Counted from the stretch's first letter, positions 39,410 to 51,647 are shown. The stretch is DNA of 64,000 bases from Malacoraja senta (GCA_038087875.1 CM075997.1:3536001-3600000), one strand, 5' to 3'. The notes: generated by a model not told the origin, from the sequence alone. Numbers and translations: made by a program.

Positions 39410-40590
39410 ACATAGGTTTCCCCCTTCTGTCCCCTTACCCGTGTGTCCTCGGTGTCAATGAGTTCTGCTCTTGGTCCCTCTCCCCCTTAGATGGAACAGG
39501 GATGGAGTTCCAGCTGCCACAACCAAAATATCATACTCCGACGTTGCTGACACTTCCAACGGAATACAACCACGAGTCACACCTTCCCATCTATACCCCT
39601 TTCCGCCTTCTGCAGAGACTGCACAACTCCTTGGTTCACTCTTCCCTTCCCACCCAACCCAACCACTCCCCAGTTGCTTTCTCCTGCAACGTATCTACTG
39701 ATTCGGGTGTACTGATGTGGCGTCCTGTACATTGGCGAGACCCGGCAACAGTTTCGCTGAACAATTGCGCTCAGTCTGCCGTCGCCTACTGGATCTCCTG
39801 GTTGCTGACCATTTTAATTCTCGTTCCTATTCCCACACTGACCTTTCGGTCATGGGCCACCTTCATTGCGAGAGCGAAAGTGAGGCCACACGCAAACTGG
39901 GGGAACCGCACCCTGTGGTAACTGAACTAGATTTTCCCCCAAACCCTGAACTCCCATCTATTTGCCAGTCCCCACCACCCATCAGCCACATCTCCCACCC
40001 TCACCCCCACCTCCAGCTGCTTTCCTCCATTTACCTTCACAATCCACAACTCTTCAATCCTGTCTCACATTTTCTGTTCTTATCTCTGGCCTTTGTTCCA
40101 ACCATCCCCTTATCAACCCCCCCCCTCACCTCTGTCCACCTATAGCTTGCCACACTTTGTCCTGCCACTCCCCGTTTCTAGCTTTCATCTCCCCCAGCCC
40201 CTACAATCAGTCTGATGAAGGGTCTCGACCTGTAACATCACCTGTCCATGTTCTCCAGAGATACTGCCTGACCTGCTGAGTTAAGGGCCTGTCCCACTTG
40301 GGCGTCATTTGCGTGTCATTTACGCGACATCATTTACACGTCACAACGCACGGCGCGCGCATGCCGTGCATTACGTGCTCATGACGTGCATTACGCGCGC
40401 ATGGTGCGTGGTGACGTAGGCAGTGACGCACGGTCGGGCGCGGCGCACCAGGATTTTGGGATTCACAAAATCTTTGCGCGCCACCTGCGTGACGCGCAAA
40501 TGACGCCCAAGTGGGACAGGCCCTTTACTCCAGCACTTTGTGTCCCTTTGTGTACTAACCAGCATCTGCAGATCTTTGTTTCCACATACC
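39410..40590 (+). mobile_element. Decayed Penelope-like element with a nested MITE (duplicate at +13568)
   Basis: SFAEQLRSVC..VADHFNSRSYSHTDLSVMG; 3' repeat with CTGATGA at 40212. Confidence 0.75.
40284..40524. mobile_element. PIF/Harbinger-type MITE, subfamily B (duplicate at 53852-54092)
   Basis: Perfect TIRs; inserted into CTGAG-TTA-CTCCAGC of a Penelope repeat, so the TTA duplication can be read against the empty site. Confidence 0.92.
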
Positions 40591-42589
40591 TCCGTGTATG
40601 TTGCATTTGAAGGAAGTCGTGGCAAGGAAAAAAACTGGCAGGAAAGCACATGATATGCAGAATGCTGCTTGTAATATTATTTTATGAAGTAAGATGATTT
40701 ATATTTTTATTGTCTGTGTGCACGACTGTCATTTCTGACTGACGAGTATTGCCAGTTAGCACTGAAGTATTTTTTTGTAAATTTTGCTTTTAACACTTGA
40801 TCAGCTAGTTCTTGTAAGTGATTGTAGATTTAGCTACTGATGTAAACACAAGATGCTGCAGATACTGGAATCTTGAACAAAATCAAAATGCTGAAGGAAC
40901 TCCGTGAGTCGGCAGCATCTGTGGAGGGAAATGGGCTGTGAAGGGTTCCAGACCTGAAATGTCATCTATCCATTTCTCCCCGCAGATGCTGCCTGACCCA
41001 CTGTTCTTCCAGCATTGCTTATTGATATGGTTTCACCATTTAAGATGAAATATATCATTCAGCATAATTGCTACCAAAATTGTTGTTGGATTTATTAGTT
41101 GATTTACTTGAGGTTTTGTTTTGCAAGAAACAAATTCAGGTGGACTCCTTATCTGGACTTAAATAGGGAATTGAGGTTGGCACCGAGCTGGTTGAAACCT
41201 TCCAATAGTCCGCTGCCCTCAATTCCCCAATACATGCCGGGTGTGTTATTGCAATTCAATTATTTTTTAGCTGATTTGAACTGCTTCATTTCCCTGCTCT
41301 TCCACTGACTGAGCCTCAGGGCTGTCGTGGGAAATACTTAATTGCTGTTAAGTGTGGAAAGGATTGATTGGTTCACTAGCAATTTCTCCAAACACTACTC
41401 CCGCTGCCAACCTCACCCCCAGACTTCGCCCCACTCCCGTGTCTCTATTCCAGCTTTCTCCCCCCACTCCAGCAGTCTGAAGAAGTCCCAACCCTCCTCT
41501 GATGCTGCCTGACCTGCTTCCAGCACTTTGCTTTTTCACCATCTCAGCACGTTGTGTAGCAATTTGTAACCGTTTAATTGTGGTTATTAGTTATGCTCAA
41601 AATTCAGAGAATATATGTCCCGTCATTTTTTAAATACCGATTGAACATGACTTTTTTTCCACATTTTATTTCAACAATGTAATAAAATTGGCTGATAGAA
41701 TTGAGTGATCTGTCAGATTAATTGCTTTTAGTTTCACCTGCCTAAAAGTGAAACTGAAAGATTTTGTACTAGTATTATAAAATATGCCAATCTTCAGAGA
41801 GTAAATAAAGAACAGGAGAGGATAGAATGTAATGAAAGGGTATGTTACCCTTGTGTAAGTCGGGGAGTGCCTGTACCCTTAGAATCATAGTCATATAGCA
41901 CAGAAACAGGCCCTTCTATACTAATCTCATTTAGCAGCATTTGGTCTGTAGCCTTTTATGCCGTGACAATTCAAATGTTTATAGAAAAAGGTCTTACATT
42001 TTGTTAGAGTATCTGTCTCCCATCACCCACTGCCTTTCAGATTCCAAACATCCTCAAGATGAAAAATTCTTCTTCGGATTTCGTCTGAACATTTTGCTCT
42101 TTAGACTAACCCTATGCCTTTGAGTTTTAGGCAGTTACTTGTCCAAACCTGTCCAAATGTATGGTCTTCTAATGGATCATGTAGCAAGGTGAGGCAGCTG
42201 AAGTTACTTGGTGCAAGGAGAGTAGGTGCATGGGGTGCTGGACACGAGGGAGCCACTCACAATTATTATGGATGGACTGTTGTGGTTACTTGGCTCTTTT
42301 GCTTTGCCCATGAGGGCAGTCCCTTCATTGCCCTCAGAGAAGGATTGCTCTACATGTGTGCTCTGCACAGGTACTATAGTAAAGCGGTCCAATTTAAAGA
42401 CTGGGAAATGAAAAGCTACCTATTAATTTAGGAATCTGGCAAGGCTGCTCACTTCTCTATCTAGTTTATGTCCAGTGCTGATCCAAAAGGATGGACTTCA
42501 GTGGGTAACAATGCCAGGCCACGGGAACTCAGGTCAAAGCTTCCCTTTACTTTGATGTTAATTAGTTTTACTTGCACCCATGTTCGGAC

Positions 42590-43815
42590 TGCAGATAGTT
42601 CAGACTAGCATCTGCAACAAGATGGGCCTCTGGCCAAGTCAACCACAACAAGAGCGAGGTCATATTCTTTGGCCCAACAAACCTTCTGTTCCCTTTATTG
42701 TCAGATCCAACATCCTGAAGGTGCTGGGAATCTTGTTCTGAGGAGCTAGAGCTTGGAGCAAAAATGGTCTGGTGAACAGCCAAGGTGAAATAAAAATTGG
42801 AAATTTTGGAGTGCGGCTCCTTCTCGATTGCAAGACTGGCCATCGAGTGCAAGGTGGTCTTTATGTTGCTGGGTGCGGTGCAGGTGTGGTCCAAACCCAT
42901 TCTTATGCTCAGCAATCATCTTCATCTGGAGATCCAGAATGGATCGTATCTGTCGGATTGTGATGTACAAGTCTTCAGAGAAAGGGGAAAAACCTACCCA
43001 ACATCATCTTTGATGGCCAAGTTTGATTGTGACTGCACAAAGCTGTGCATAGGGCCCTCAGCATGTAACTAGCAAACGTCAAGTTATGCTGAGGTTCCAC
43101 CTGCCATTGATTGAACAAATGGGACTAGTCTAGATGGGGCATCTTGATCAGCATAGACAAGTTGAGCCAAAAGCCCTGTTTCCATGCTGTATGACTGACT
43201 CAAAGGGTGGGACTGGTCTCGTTGCCGTGCACTGTTCCATTCAATCGCACCTTGGGGCACTACCTGCCCTTGATAGAATGTTTCTGTAAATAAACGCGTT
43301 TGACCACAAGTCCATCAGGCTGTGGTCAGCGCAGAATATTCTGCAACCCTAAAGGGAAATGGAGACGGTGGATCCCGTGGAATGGCACCCCAAGCACTTT
43401 GTCAAAGTCTTATAGCATAACACCTCATCGCCAGAACTCAGGAATAAACACAAAGATCTTGGCTGACAGTGGGAGAGACCTTCCCATATTATTCCTGCAG
43501 TCAGGCCTCATTCCCACCACACATGAAATGATCGTCTACCCCAATCTGGACTCTGTTTGCCAAAAAGAACCAGGAAAGGATGCAGAGGTCCTTGTTGCGG
43601 TTCACCCCATGCAGCTGCAAAACACAGGATTCTGTGGTCTGTGGGCTGCTCCCAAGGATGCATATTGAGACAAATATCAATTGCTGCTTTGGAGTGCATG
43701 AAACTTGTTCATCTTTCAATATAATTTGCACGCAAGTAAATGCTGCTGACTGGTACATTCCAAGGTGGTGGAAGCGCTGCCAAGGGTTGCACCGAAGTCC
43801 GTACACCATAAAATG
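42590..43815 (+). mobile_element. Tx1/L1-clade ORF2 relic (duplicate at +13568)
   Basis: Frameshifted motifs ASGQVNHNKSEVIFFG, LKVLGILF and IFIWRSRMDRICRIVMYKS. Confidence 0.7.
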
Positions 43816-43877
43816 ATAGTAGAACGAATGTAGAGAAAGTCGAGCCCTGGTTATGTTTACTATGTATCTAGATAATT

Positions 43878-43948
<71 letters not shown>
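43878..43948. repeat. (TA)n(TG)n(TA)n compound microsatellite (duplicate at 57446-57516)
   Basis: Directly visible. Confidence 0.95.
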
Positions 43949-43951
<3 letters not shown>

Positions 43952-44852
43952 TTTAAATTCACCTTTTCCTTTATCTTGTATGTGTTGATCTAACTGGCCC
44001 TCAAATACATCAAGTTGAGCAACTGGGTTACTGATTTGTGACTCTGAATTTAGAGTGCCTTTGCTCTTTAACATTACTAGCCTTTCCCCAAATCAAAATA
44101 TAGTTATTAAACAAAGATGTAACCAATCTAACACTCTGATTGATTAAGTTTTAGTCAATTTTCACTATGTTCCACCATCTTATCAACTTTTCAATTTTCC
44201 TTATTTAAAAATTGTCTGCCAATGTTGACACATCTTTATATCTACATGTCAAAGTCGTTCATGGAAGAGATATAGCAAAGTCTTGTGGGATAGTTTAGCA
44301 TTTCCTCGCACTCTGAGAACCTGCACTAACTCTCCTCTGTTTCCTGCCTTCACACCAAGCTTTAATCCAATTTGCAATCCTTTCCCTTAAAAATTTCACA
44401 TCTCTTATTCCTCAACAGTCTCCTCTGTGATAATTTGTCATGGGTCTTCTAAGAGTTTGCGTATGCCGCATCTGCTGCATTTACTCACCACGTTTATCGC
44501 CACCTGAAAGAACTTAGCTTGTTAAGCACGATCTTGCAGTCTGAAATCGGTGGTTCCCTTTTACTTTTTTTAAACTTACAGCAATTTTCTGTTCAATTAC
44601 AAATTCCAGAATTTGATATAAATTAATATCAAACCAACCAGTTTGTAAATTGTGTTTTCTCTTCATGAATATGAGTATTTTATATTAAGTGCTCCAGTGT
44701 CCTCTGAGAAAATTCTCAATCAAATATTTAAATATAATTTAAAGTGCCTCTACTATCAATTCTCTTGCAGTGCTTGGATATATCGTGTCAGGTTTCAGCA
44801 CTTTGTAGGAGCTTCTGGCACACATCTCGTATGCAATGGTTTAGAAAAGCAT

Positions 44853-45062
44853 TTGTATGGAAAGGAACTGTAGATGCTGGTATATACGAAAGATATTCAC
44901 AAAGTGCTGGAGTAACTCAACAGGCCAGGCAGCAACTTTGGAGAACAAGGGTGGGTGACGTTTCAGGTCGGGACCCTTCTTCAGTCCGAAACTTCACCCA
45001 TCCTTTTTCTCCAGAGATGCTACTTAACCTGCTGAGTTACTCCAGCACTTTGTGTCTATCTT
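44853..45062. mobile_element. Palindromic Penelope-derived insertion (duplicate at +13568)
   Basis: Inverted arms CACAAAGTGCTGGAGTAACTCA / TGAGTTACTCCAGCACTTTGTG. Confidence 0.75.
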
Positions 45063-45243
45063 TAGAAACCCATTTCATTAGCTAGAAGGGGATTTGGATA
45101 CAGAAGTTGGTAAAGACTTTAAATAAATGAAGGTCTTTAAATTAATAAACTATCCAAATATTTTATTTCTGAAAAACATATTTTAGTTATTAATCAATTA
45201 TTAGTTTACCAATGGCCATTATTCCTTTTTCTATACTTCCTTA

Positions 45244-45915
45244 AAGGTGGCATCACAGGTAGTAGATAGGGTGGTCAAAAAGGCTTTTGGCACATTGGCT
45301 TTCATCAGTCAGAGTATTGTGTATAGAAGTTGGGAGGTCATGTTGCAGTTATACAAGATAGTGGTGAGGTTGTATTTAGAGTATTGTGTTCAGTTCTGGG
45401 CACCGTGTTATAGGAAAGATGTCAAGCTGGAAAGGGTACAGAGAAAAATTATGAGGATGTTGCCAGGACTCGAGGGTTTGAGCTATAGGGAGAGGTTGAG
45501 CAGGCTGGGGGACTCTATTCCTTGGAGCACAGGAGGATGAGGGGTAATCTTATAGAGGTGTATAAAATTATGAGAGGCATAGATCGGGTAGACACACAGT
45601 CTCCTGCCCAGAGTATATGGGTATCTAGAACCAGAGAACATAGGTTTAAGTTGAAGGGTCAATGATTTAATAGGAATCTGAAGGGTAATCTTTTCACACA
45701 AAAGGTGGTGGGTGTATGGAACGAACTGCCAGTTGAGGCAGGGACTATTGCAATGTTTAAGAAACAAATAGACAGGTACATGATTAGGAAAGGTTTAGAG
45801 ATGATATGGGCCATAGGTAGGCAGGTGGGACTCGTTGGTTGGCATGGGCATGTTGGTTGGCATGGCAAGATGGGCTGAGGGGACTGTTTCCTTGCTGTAT
45901 GACTCTATAACTCTA
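45244..45915 (+). mobile_element. CR1 3' end (duplicate at 58812-59483)
   Basis: VDRVVKKAFGTLAFISQSI..LEYCVQFWAPCYRKD..LERVQR. Confidence 0.9.
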
Positions 45916-46529
45916 AAGGCATTTGTGTAGAAAGGAACTGCAGATGCTGCTACAAACTGAAGATAGACACAAAGTACGGGAGTAACTCAGCACGTCAGGC
46001 AGCATCTCTGGCGCCGTGAGGCAGCAGCTCTACCAGCTGCTCAAATTTCTAAAAGTTAACTTGCAAAAATAGCAAATCAGTTAGAAAGGGGAATGGTATG
46101 TTGACCTTTAACCGAGGATTTGAGTACTTCGGTGAAAACATCTGACCGCAATTATATAGGCGTCTGGTGAGGCTCTATGGCAACATTTGTGTTTAGGTTC
46201 AGATCTTCCACCTATGGAAGAATGTACTTGGAATGGGAGGGAGAACATTGAGGGCTCACTTGAGTAATTCCTGGGATGGTGAGTTTGTTCTATGAGGAAG
46301 TCTTGAATTTAGAAACATGAGAAATGATTTCATTCAAACATAACAAGATTTTTAAGGGACTTCACAAAGTATGTCCATGAATAATATTTCCCCTAATGGT
46401 GGTAAATAGAACCTGGGCCACAACATCAGAATAGGGGTTTACCAATCAGAGGTGAGGAGAAATTTCTTTATCCATCAGGAGGATTTGGACCATTATTCAC
46501 TGAATATTTTTAAGACAACAACTGGTGGA

Positions 46530-46912
46530 TTAGTTTAGTTTATAGATATGGCGTGGAAATAGGCCCTTCAGCCCACTGTGTCCGCACCGACCAGTGATCC
46601 CTATGCATTAACACTACCCTACTTCTTCTTCTTCTTGCGTATGGCATGCACAGCCTAAAGTTGTAGGACAACTTGTTCTATTTGATCTTATTTGGTTGAT
46701 TGCATTCGTCGAAACAGGGAAGGTTGCAATCTCCCACCCCCAACACTACCCTACACACACGAGGGACAATTTTACATTTACACCAAGCCAATGAACCTGC
46801 AAACCTGTACGTCTTTGGAGTGTGAGAGAAAACCGAAGATCTCGGAGAAAACCCACACAGGTCACGGGGAGAACGTACAAACTCCGTACAGACAAACACC
46901 CGTAGTCAGGAT
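46530..46912 (-). mobile_element. V-SINE interrupted by a ribozyme-headed retroposon (duplicate at +13568)
   Basis: SINE body and tail continue on both sides of 46623-46741. Confidence 0.8.
46623..46741 (-). mobile_element. Short (GAA)n-tailed retroposon, copy 1, with an internally deleted HDV-like head (duplicate at 60191-60309)
   Basis: 13-bp TSD AACACTACCCTAC (46610-22, 46742-54); homologous to 51515-51647. Confidence 0.85.
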
Positions 46913-47737
46913 TTTGGATATTAACGGAATGAAGCAATATGAGTTTAGTGAAAGAAAGTGAGACGAAGGAAAAGGATCGGCATGATTGTATTGAATGCCA
47001 GAGCAGGCATGAGGGCACGAATGGATGCGACTGCTGTTTTATTTCTTGTGTCTTATGCCAAAGTCAGTCACTCTCACCTCGCTTCGCTAATTCATGGCTT
47101 TTATCAATGTCTGGACCAAAGCCACAATGATGACTTGAGCCGAGCAGTCTCGGTCTGTTGATGCAGAGGCAGCATCTGTACCTGACACCTTTTTTGTTAG
47201 ACTTCTGTTTGCAGAGAAATGGTTGCTCTGATGTTGAGAAAAAAGCTGCTCTGCGATCACCACAAGTAATAACAAAGAGTTTCCAGCAGCTTGACTTCAG
47301 AAAAGGGCAGAATTGCCATGTGTTATTTTTGTTTCTCTTCTGCCGGTAATAATTATTGGCACACAGGGGCTGAAGCATTCTGGCTACTATTTGGAGACTC
47401 AATTTCCTTACTGTTAACAACCAGACAAGAAAAAATGCTCATAAATAAAACTTAACTGGCCGCAGAACAAAACCACCTAACTAATTAATCACTCCCTCAT
47501 TGTTACCAAAATCCTTTCAATTTGCATATTAATTAGCTGCAGATTAATACTATGATTAAAACGAGATGAATTGGGTTTAATAGATTAACATGGAATGATC
47601 AAACTCAGATGTGTGTCTGTCTGCATGGTGCTTAATCATTGTATGATAAATATTGTCATGTGTGACTGGAGGGCCTAAACATAGCAGACAAATCTTTTCG
47701 ATTTGTTGTTCAGAATAGGCATTCAAGCTGTGACATA

Positions 47738-49379
47738 CAGTGCCCTCCATAATGTTTGGGACAAAGACCCATCATTTATTTATTTGCCTCTGTACTCCAC
47801 AATTTGAGATTTGTAATAGAAAAAAAATCACATGCGGTTAAAGTGCACATTGTCAGATTTTAATAAAGGCCATTTTTTATACATTTTGGTTTCACCATGT
47901 TGAAATTACAGCTGTGTTTATACATAGTCCCCATTTCAGGGCACCATAATGTTTGGGACACAGCAATGTAATGTAAATGAAAGGAGTCATGTTTAGTATT
48001 TTGTTGCAGATCCTTTGCATGCAATGACTGGTTGAAGTCTGTGATTCATGGATATCACCAGTTGCTGGGTGTCTTCTCTGGTGATGCCCTGCCAGGCCTG
48101 TATTGCAGCCATCGTAGCTTATGCTTGTTTTGGGGGCTAGTCCCCTTCAGTTTTCTCTTCAGCATATAAAAGGCATGCTCAATTGGGTTCAGATCGAGTG
48201 ATTGACTTGGCCACTCAAGCATTGACCATTTTTTAGCTTTGAAAAACTCCGTTGTTGCTTTAGCAGTATGTTTGGGATCATTGTCTTGCTGTAGAATGAA
48301 CCACCGGCCAATGAGTTTTGAGACATTTATTTGAACTTGAGCAGATAGGATGTGTCTATACACTTCAGAATTTATTATGCTACTACCATCAGCAGTTATA
48401 TCATCAATGAAGATAAGTGAGCCAGTACCTTCAGCAGCCATACATGCCCAGGCCATAACACCCCACCATCGTGTGTTTCACAGATGAGGTGGTATGCTTT
48501 GGATCTTGGGCAGTTCCTTCTCTCTTCCATATTTTGCTCTTGCCATCACTCTAATATGTTAATCTTCGTCTCATCTGTCCACAAGACCATTTTCCAGAAC
48601 TGTGGTAGCTCTTTTAAGTGCTTCTTGGCAAACTGTAACCTGGCCATCCTATTTGTGCGGTTAACCAGTGGTTTGCATCTTGCAGTGTAGCCTCTGTATT
48701 TCCATTCAAAAGTATTCTGCGAAATGTGGTCATTAACAAATCCACTCATTGCTGAAGAGTGTTTCTGATCTGTCGGACAGGTGTTTGGGGATTTTTCTTT
48801 ATTATAGAGATAATTCTTCTGTCATCAGCTGTGGAGGTCTTCCTTGGCCTGCTAGTCCCTTTGCGATTAGTAAGCTCACCAGTGCTCTCTTTCTTCTTAA
48901 TGATGTGCCAAACAGTTGATTTTGATAAGCATAAGGTTTGTCTGATGTCTCCAACAGTTTTATTCTTGTTTCTCAGTCTCATAATGGCTTCTTTGACTTT
49001 CATTGGCACAACTTGGGTCCTCATGTTGATAAACATCAATAAAAGTTTCCAAAGGTGATGGAAAGACTGGAGGAAAGACTAGGTGCTGAGAGCTCTCTTA
49101 TACCTGCATTAAGGAGCCATTTAAACACACCTGAGCAATTACAAACACCTGTGAAGCCATGTGTCCCAAACATTATGGTGCCCTGAAATGGGAGGGACTA
49201 TGTATAAACACAGCTGTAATTTCTACATGGTGAAACCAAAATGTATAAAAATGGCCTTAAAATCTGACAATGTGCACTTTAACCACATGTGATTTTTTTT
49301 CTATTACAAATCACAAATTGTGGAGTACAGAGGCAAATAAATAAATGATGGGTCTTTGTCCCAAACATGGAGGGCACTG
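47738..49379 (-). mobile_element. Near full-length Tc1-like DNA transposon (IR/DR type) with a disrupted DD34E transposase
   Basis: ~220-bp TIRs starting CAGTGCCCTCCA; TA on the left, TG on the right; transposase pieces 48746-49039, 48546-48749 (WTDETK) and 48055-48456 (QDND-x-NPIE, 34 aa between D and E). Confidence 0.95.
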
Positions 49380-49539
49380 TGTATGCTACAGGTGGAGTCT
49401 GAGTTAGAGAAACTAGGTTAATCAGTTAGAGCTGGCTGCAGGAATACAAAGAGGTTCCTTGGCTTAAGATGCTTGCTTGGTAATGCTGATAATCACAGGA
49501 ACCCTGAATTAAATAATTCAATGTTGCAAGGGAAATGTT

Positions 49540-49815
49540 AAAGAGATACAGCACAGAAACAGGCCCACCAAGTCTGCGCCGACCACAATCCCCGCACACT
49601 AACACTATCATACGCACACTAGGGACAATTTACAATTGTACCAAGCCAGATAACCTACAAACCTGTACTGTCTTTGGAGTGTGGGAGGAAACTGGAGACC
49701 CGGAGAAAACCCATGCAGGCCACAGGGAGAACGTACAAACTCCGTACAGACAGCACCTGTAGTCAGGATCGAAGCCGGGTCTCCGGAGCTTTCAAGCAGC
49801 AACTCTACTCTGCCG
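49540..49815 (-). mobile_element. V-SINE (HE1-like) (duplicate at 63108-63383)
   Basis: Family match. Confidence 0.8.
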
Positions 49816-51514
49816 CCAACAGAATAGCTTTACAGAAATGATCAGCAGACTTTCAAGTGTTTTTATGTAGGGAGTAAGTTCACTGATGCATTTACACACT
49901 AAGCTATTACCTGATGTAGTACAGAACGGCATAGACTCCAAGATCTTAAATTCAGAAACCAATATAGACTAAAGGGAATATATTTGCTTTACAAGGATGC
50001 CTCTGAGATAAGAAAGTTGTAAGAAGCAAACATTCTTCGGTATGAGTGGCTGTCTCGGTTAAGTGCAGCAAGCAGAAAGGTAAATGCTGGCACTACTTGT
50101 ATCAGCCAAATCTAGAAATCCTTGACCAAAATAACTTTCATCCTGCACTCTGGCTCGTTTTGGGCATCCAATGTTCCACCATTGTTGTACCTGCCATTAC
50201 CACTAGCAGGTCAGATTCAGCAGTTTCAGAACTACTGATTGAAATGTCCCTGTATCTTAAATGTTGTACAAGCTGATCACTGCCAAGCTGGTTGAAAAAA
50301 GATAGAATTTGTTGTTCCAGCAGTTTAAAAAAAAAGTATGTTTTAAAATGGAGGCAATAAAGTCGTAGAGAGTTACAACACTGAAACTGTACCTCTGAAT
50401 TTGCTCCGACCATCAACCAGCCATTATGAAACCAGCCACATTAGAAATATATATGTCTCATTATGGGAACCAACACGTCAGGTTAATGCCTATCATTGCT
50501 GCAGCACTCTTGGATTGTTCTTCTCCTTTATTAGGGGGTACAGGAATTCCCCATGTTATGCCAGGGGCCCGTTTCTGAGAACTTCATAACTCGTTCATCA
50601 GCTGGAAATGAACAAAATTAATGTGTGGGAAAGGATCACTGGAGCAGTTGTGATGGGAGAGCAAGGGTATGGGAAGTGTGATCGCCAGCCGTTCACAAGG
50701 ACTTGGTGAGTGAGTCGGCTCACCTCAACGTGGTCAGGAATTGTGTGGCTTGTTGGATGTGATGTGCGGGCAGGAATTGAGGAGGCAAGACACATGAAAA
50801 TACCCATTTCCTACCCATTGCCAGCAGTTCCACCATGGCCAGTAGATCCATCCTCATCTATCCCAATGGTCTCATACACGGGGTGACCATAGGTCGAACA
50901 TGCATAAGGCAGGAAGCACCTGTATACTACTGCAGTAGTTCACTAGAGACCTAACAAAAAAAACTTAAACTTCTGTTGTAGAGAAAATATTATTTCAAGA
51001 TTTCACCAAAGTTATCTTGAACTTCTGTTCCTCAATTTGAGGTTTCTCTCTGTTCTCGGTTCTCAAAATCGGTTCTCAAAAATGTGATGTATCAAGAAGA
51101 TGTTTAATGCATTCAAATTCTACAAGACATTGACGGAACCAGACCACAAAGACACAAGGAATTGTCGATGTTGGAATCTTGTGTAGAACACAAAGTGCTG
51201 GAGTATCTCAGTGGGTCAGGCAGCATTTCTGAAGGACATGGATAGGCAACGTTTTGGGCTGAGACTCATCTCCATGCCACTGTGGTTGTGCCCTATTTGT
51301 CCAACCTTGTTTAGTTCATTCACCTCAACTGCAGATACCTGTTGTTTTTATTAATGTTTTCTGAAGAACACATATGATTTACTCAGTTTAGATTATGTAT
51401 CTGGGATCCAATCCTTGGGCCCTATGGCTTTGGCTCATTTGGATTCCAGTGGTTTAAGTGTATAATTCAGAAGAGTACTAGTTTTCAGAGGTGAGATATT
51501 ATCACCTATTTTCT

Positions 51515-51647
51515 TCTTCTTCTTGCGTATGGCGTGCATAGCCTAAAGTTGTAGGACAACTTGTTCTATTTGATTGTGCAAGCCAGGTTGATTGCATTCG
51601 TCGAAACAGTGCGGACGGACCACGTGAAGGTTGCAATCTCCCACCCC
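51515..51647 (-). mobile_element. Short (GAA)n-tailed retroposon, copy 2
   Basis: 11-bp TSD with one mismatch, ACCTATTTTCT / ATCTATTTTCT (51504-14, 51648-58); same 5' end as copy 1. Confidence 0.85.
51590..51647 (-). ncRNA. Minimal HDV-like ribozyme fold at the 5' end of the retroposon
   Basis: GGGGUGG(P1)-GA-GAUUGCA(P2)-ACC(P3)-UUCACGU(L3)-GGU-[CCGU]CCGCACU(P1')-G-UUUCGA-CGAA(J4/2)-UGCAAUC(P2'); this copy has a 4-nt duplication and a P1 mismatch. Confidence 0.72.

Noticed and set aside
42772..42963. Kinase-like string LVNSQGEIKIGNFGV, resembling MAP2K subdomain VII
   Set aside because: It lies inside a Tx1 LINE relic whose motifs read in other frames on both sides; there is no HRD or APE context, so it is probably coincidental.
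43501..43962. 153-aa minus-strand ORF
   Set aside because: It is a microsatellite translation (YIYIYI) joined to the antisense of a LINE relic.
5376..45062. Recurring short repeats as a CRISPR-like array
   Set aside because: The copies are dispersed, in both orientations, each with its own TSD, with no regular spacers and no cas genes; the context is eukaryotic.
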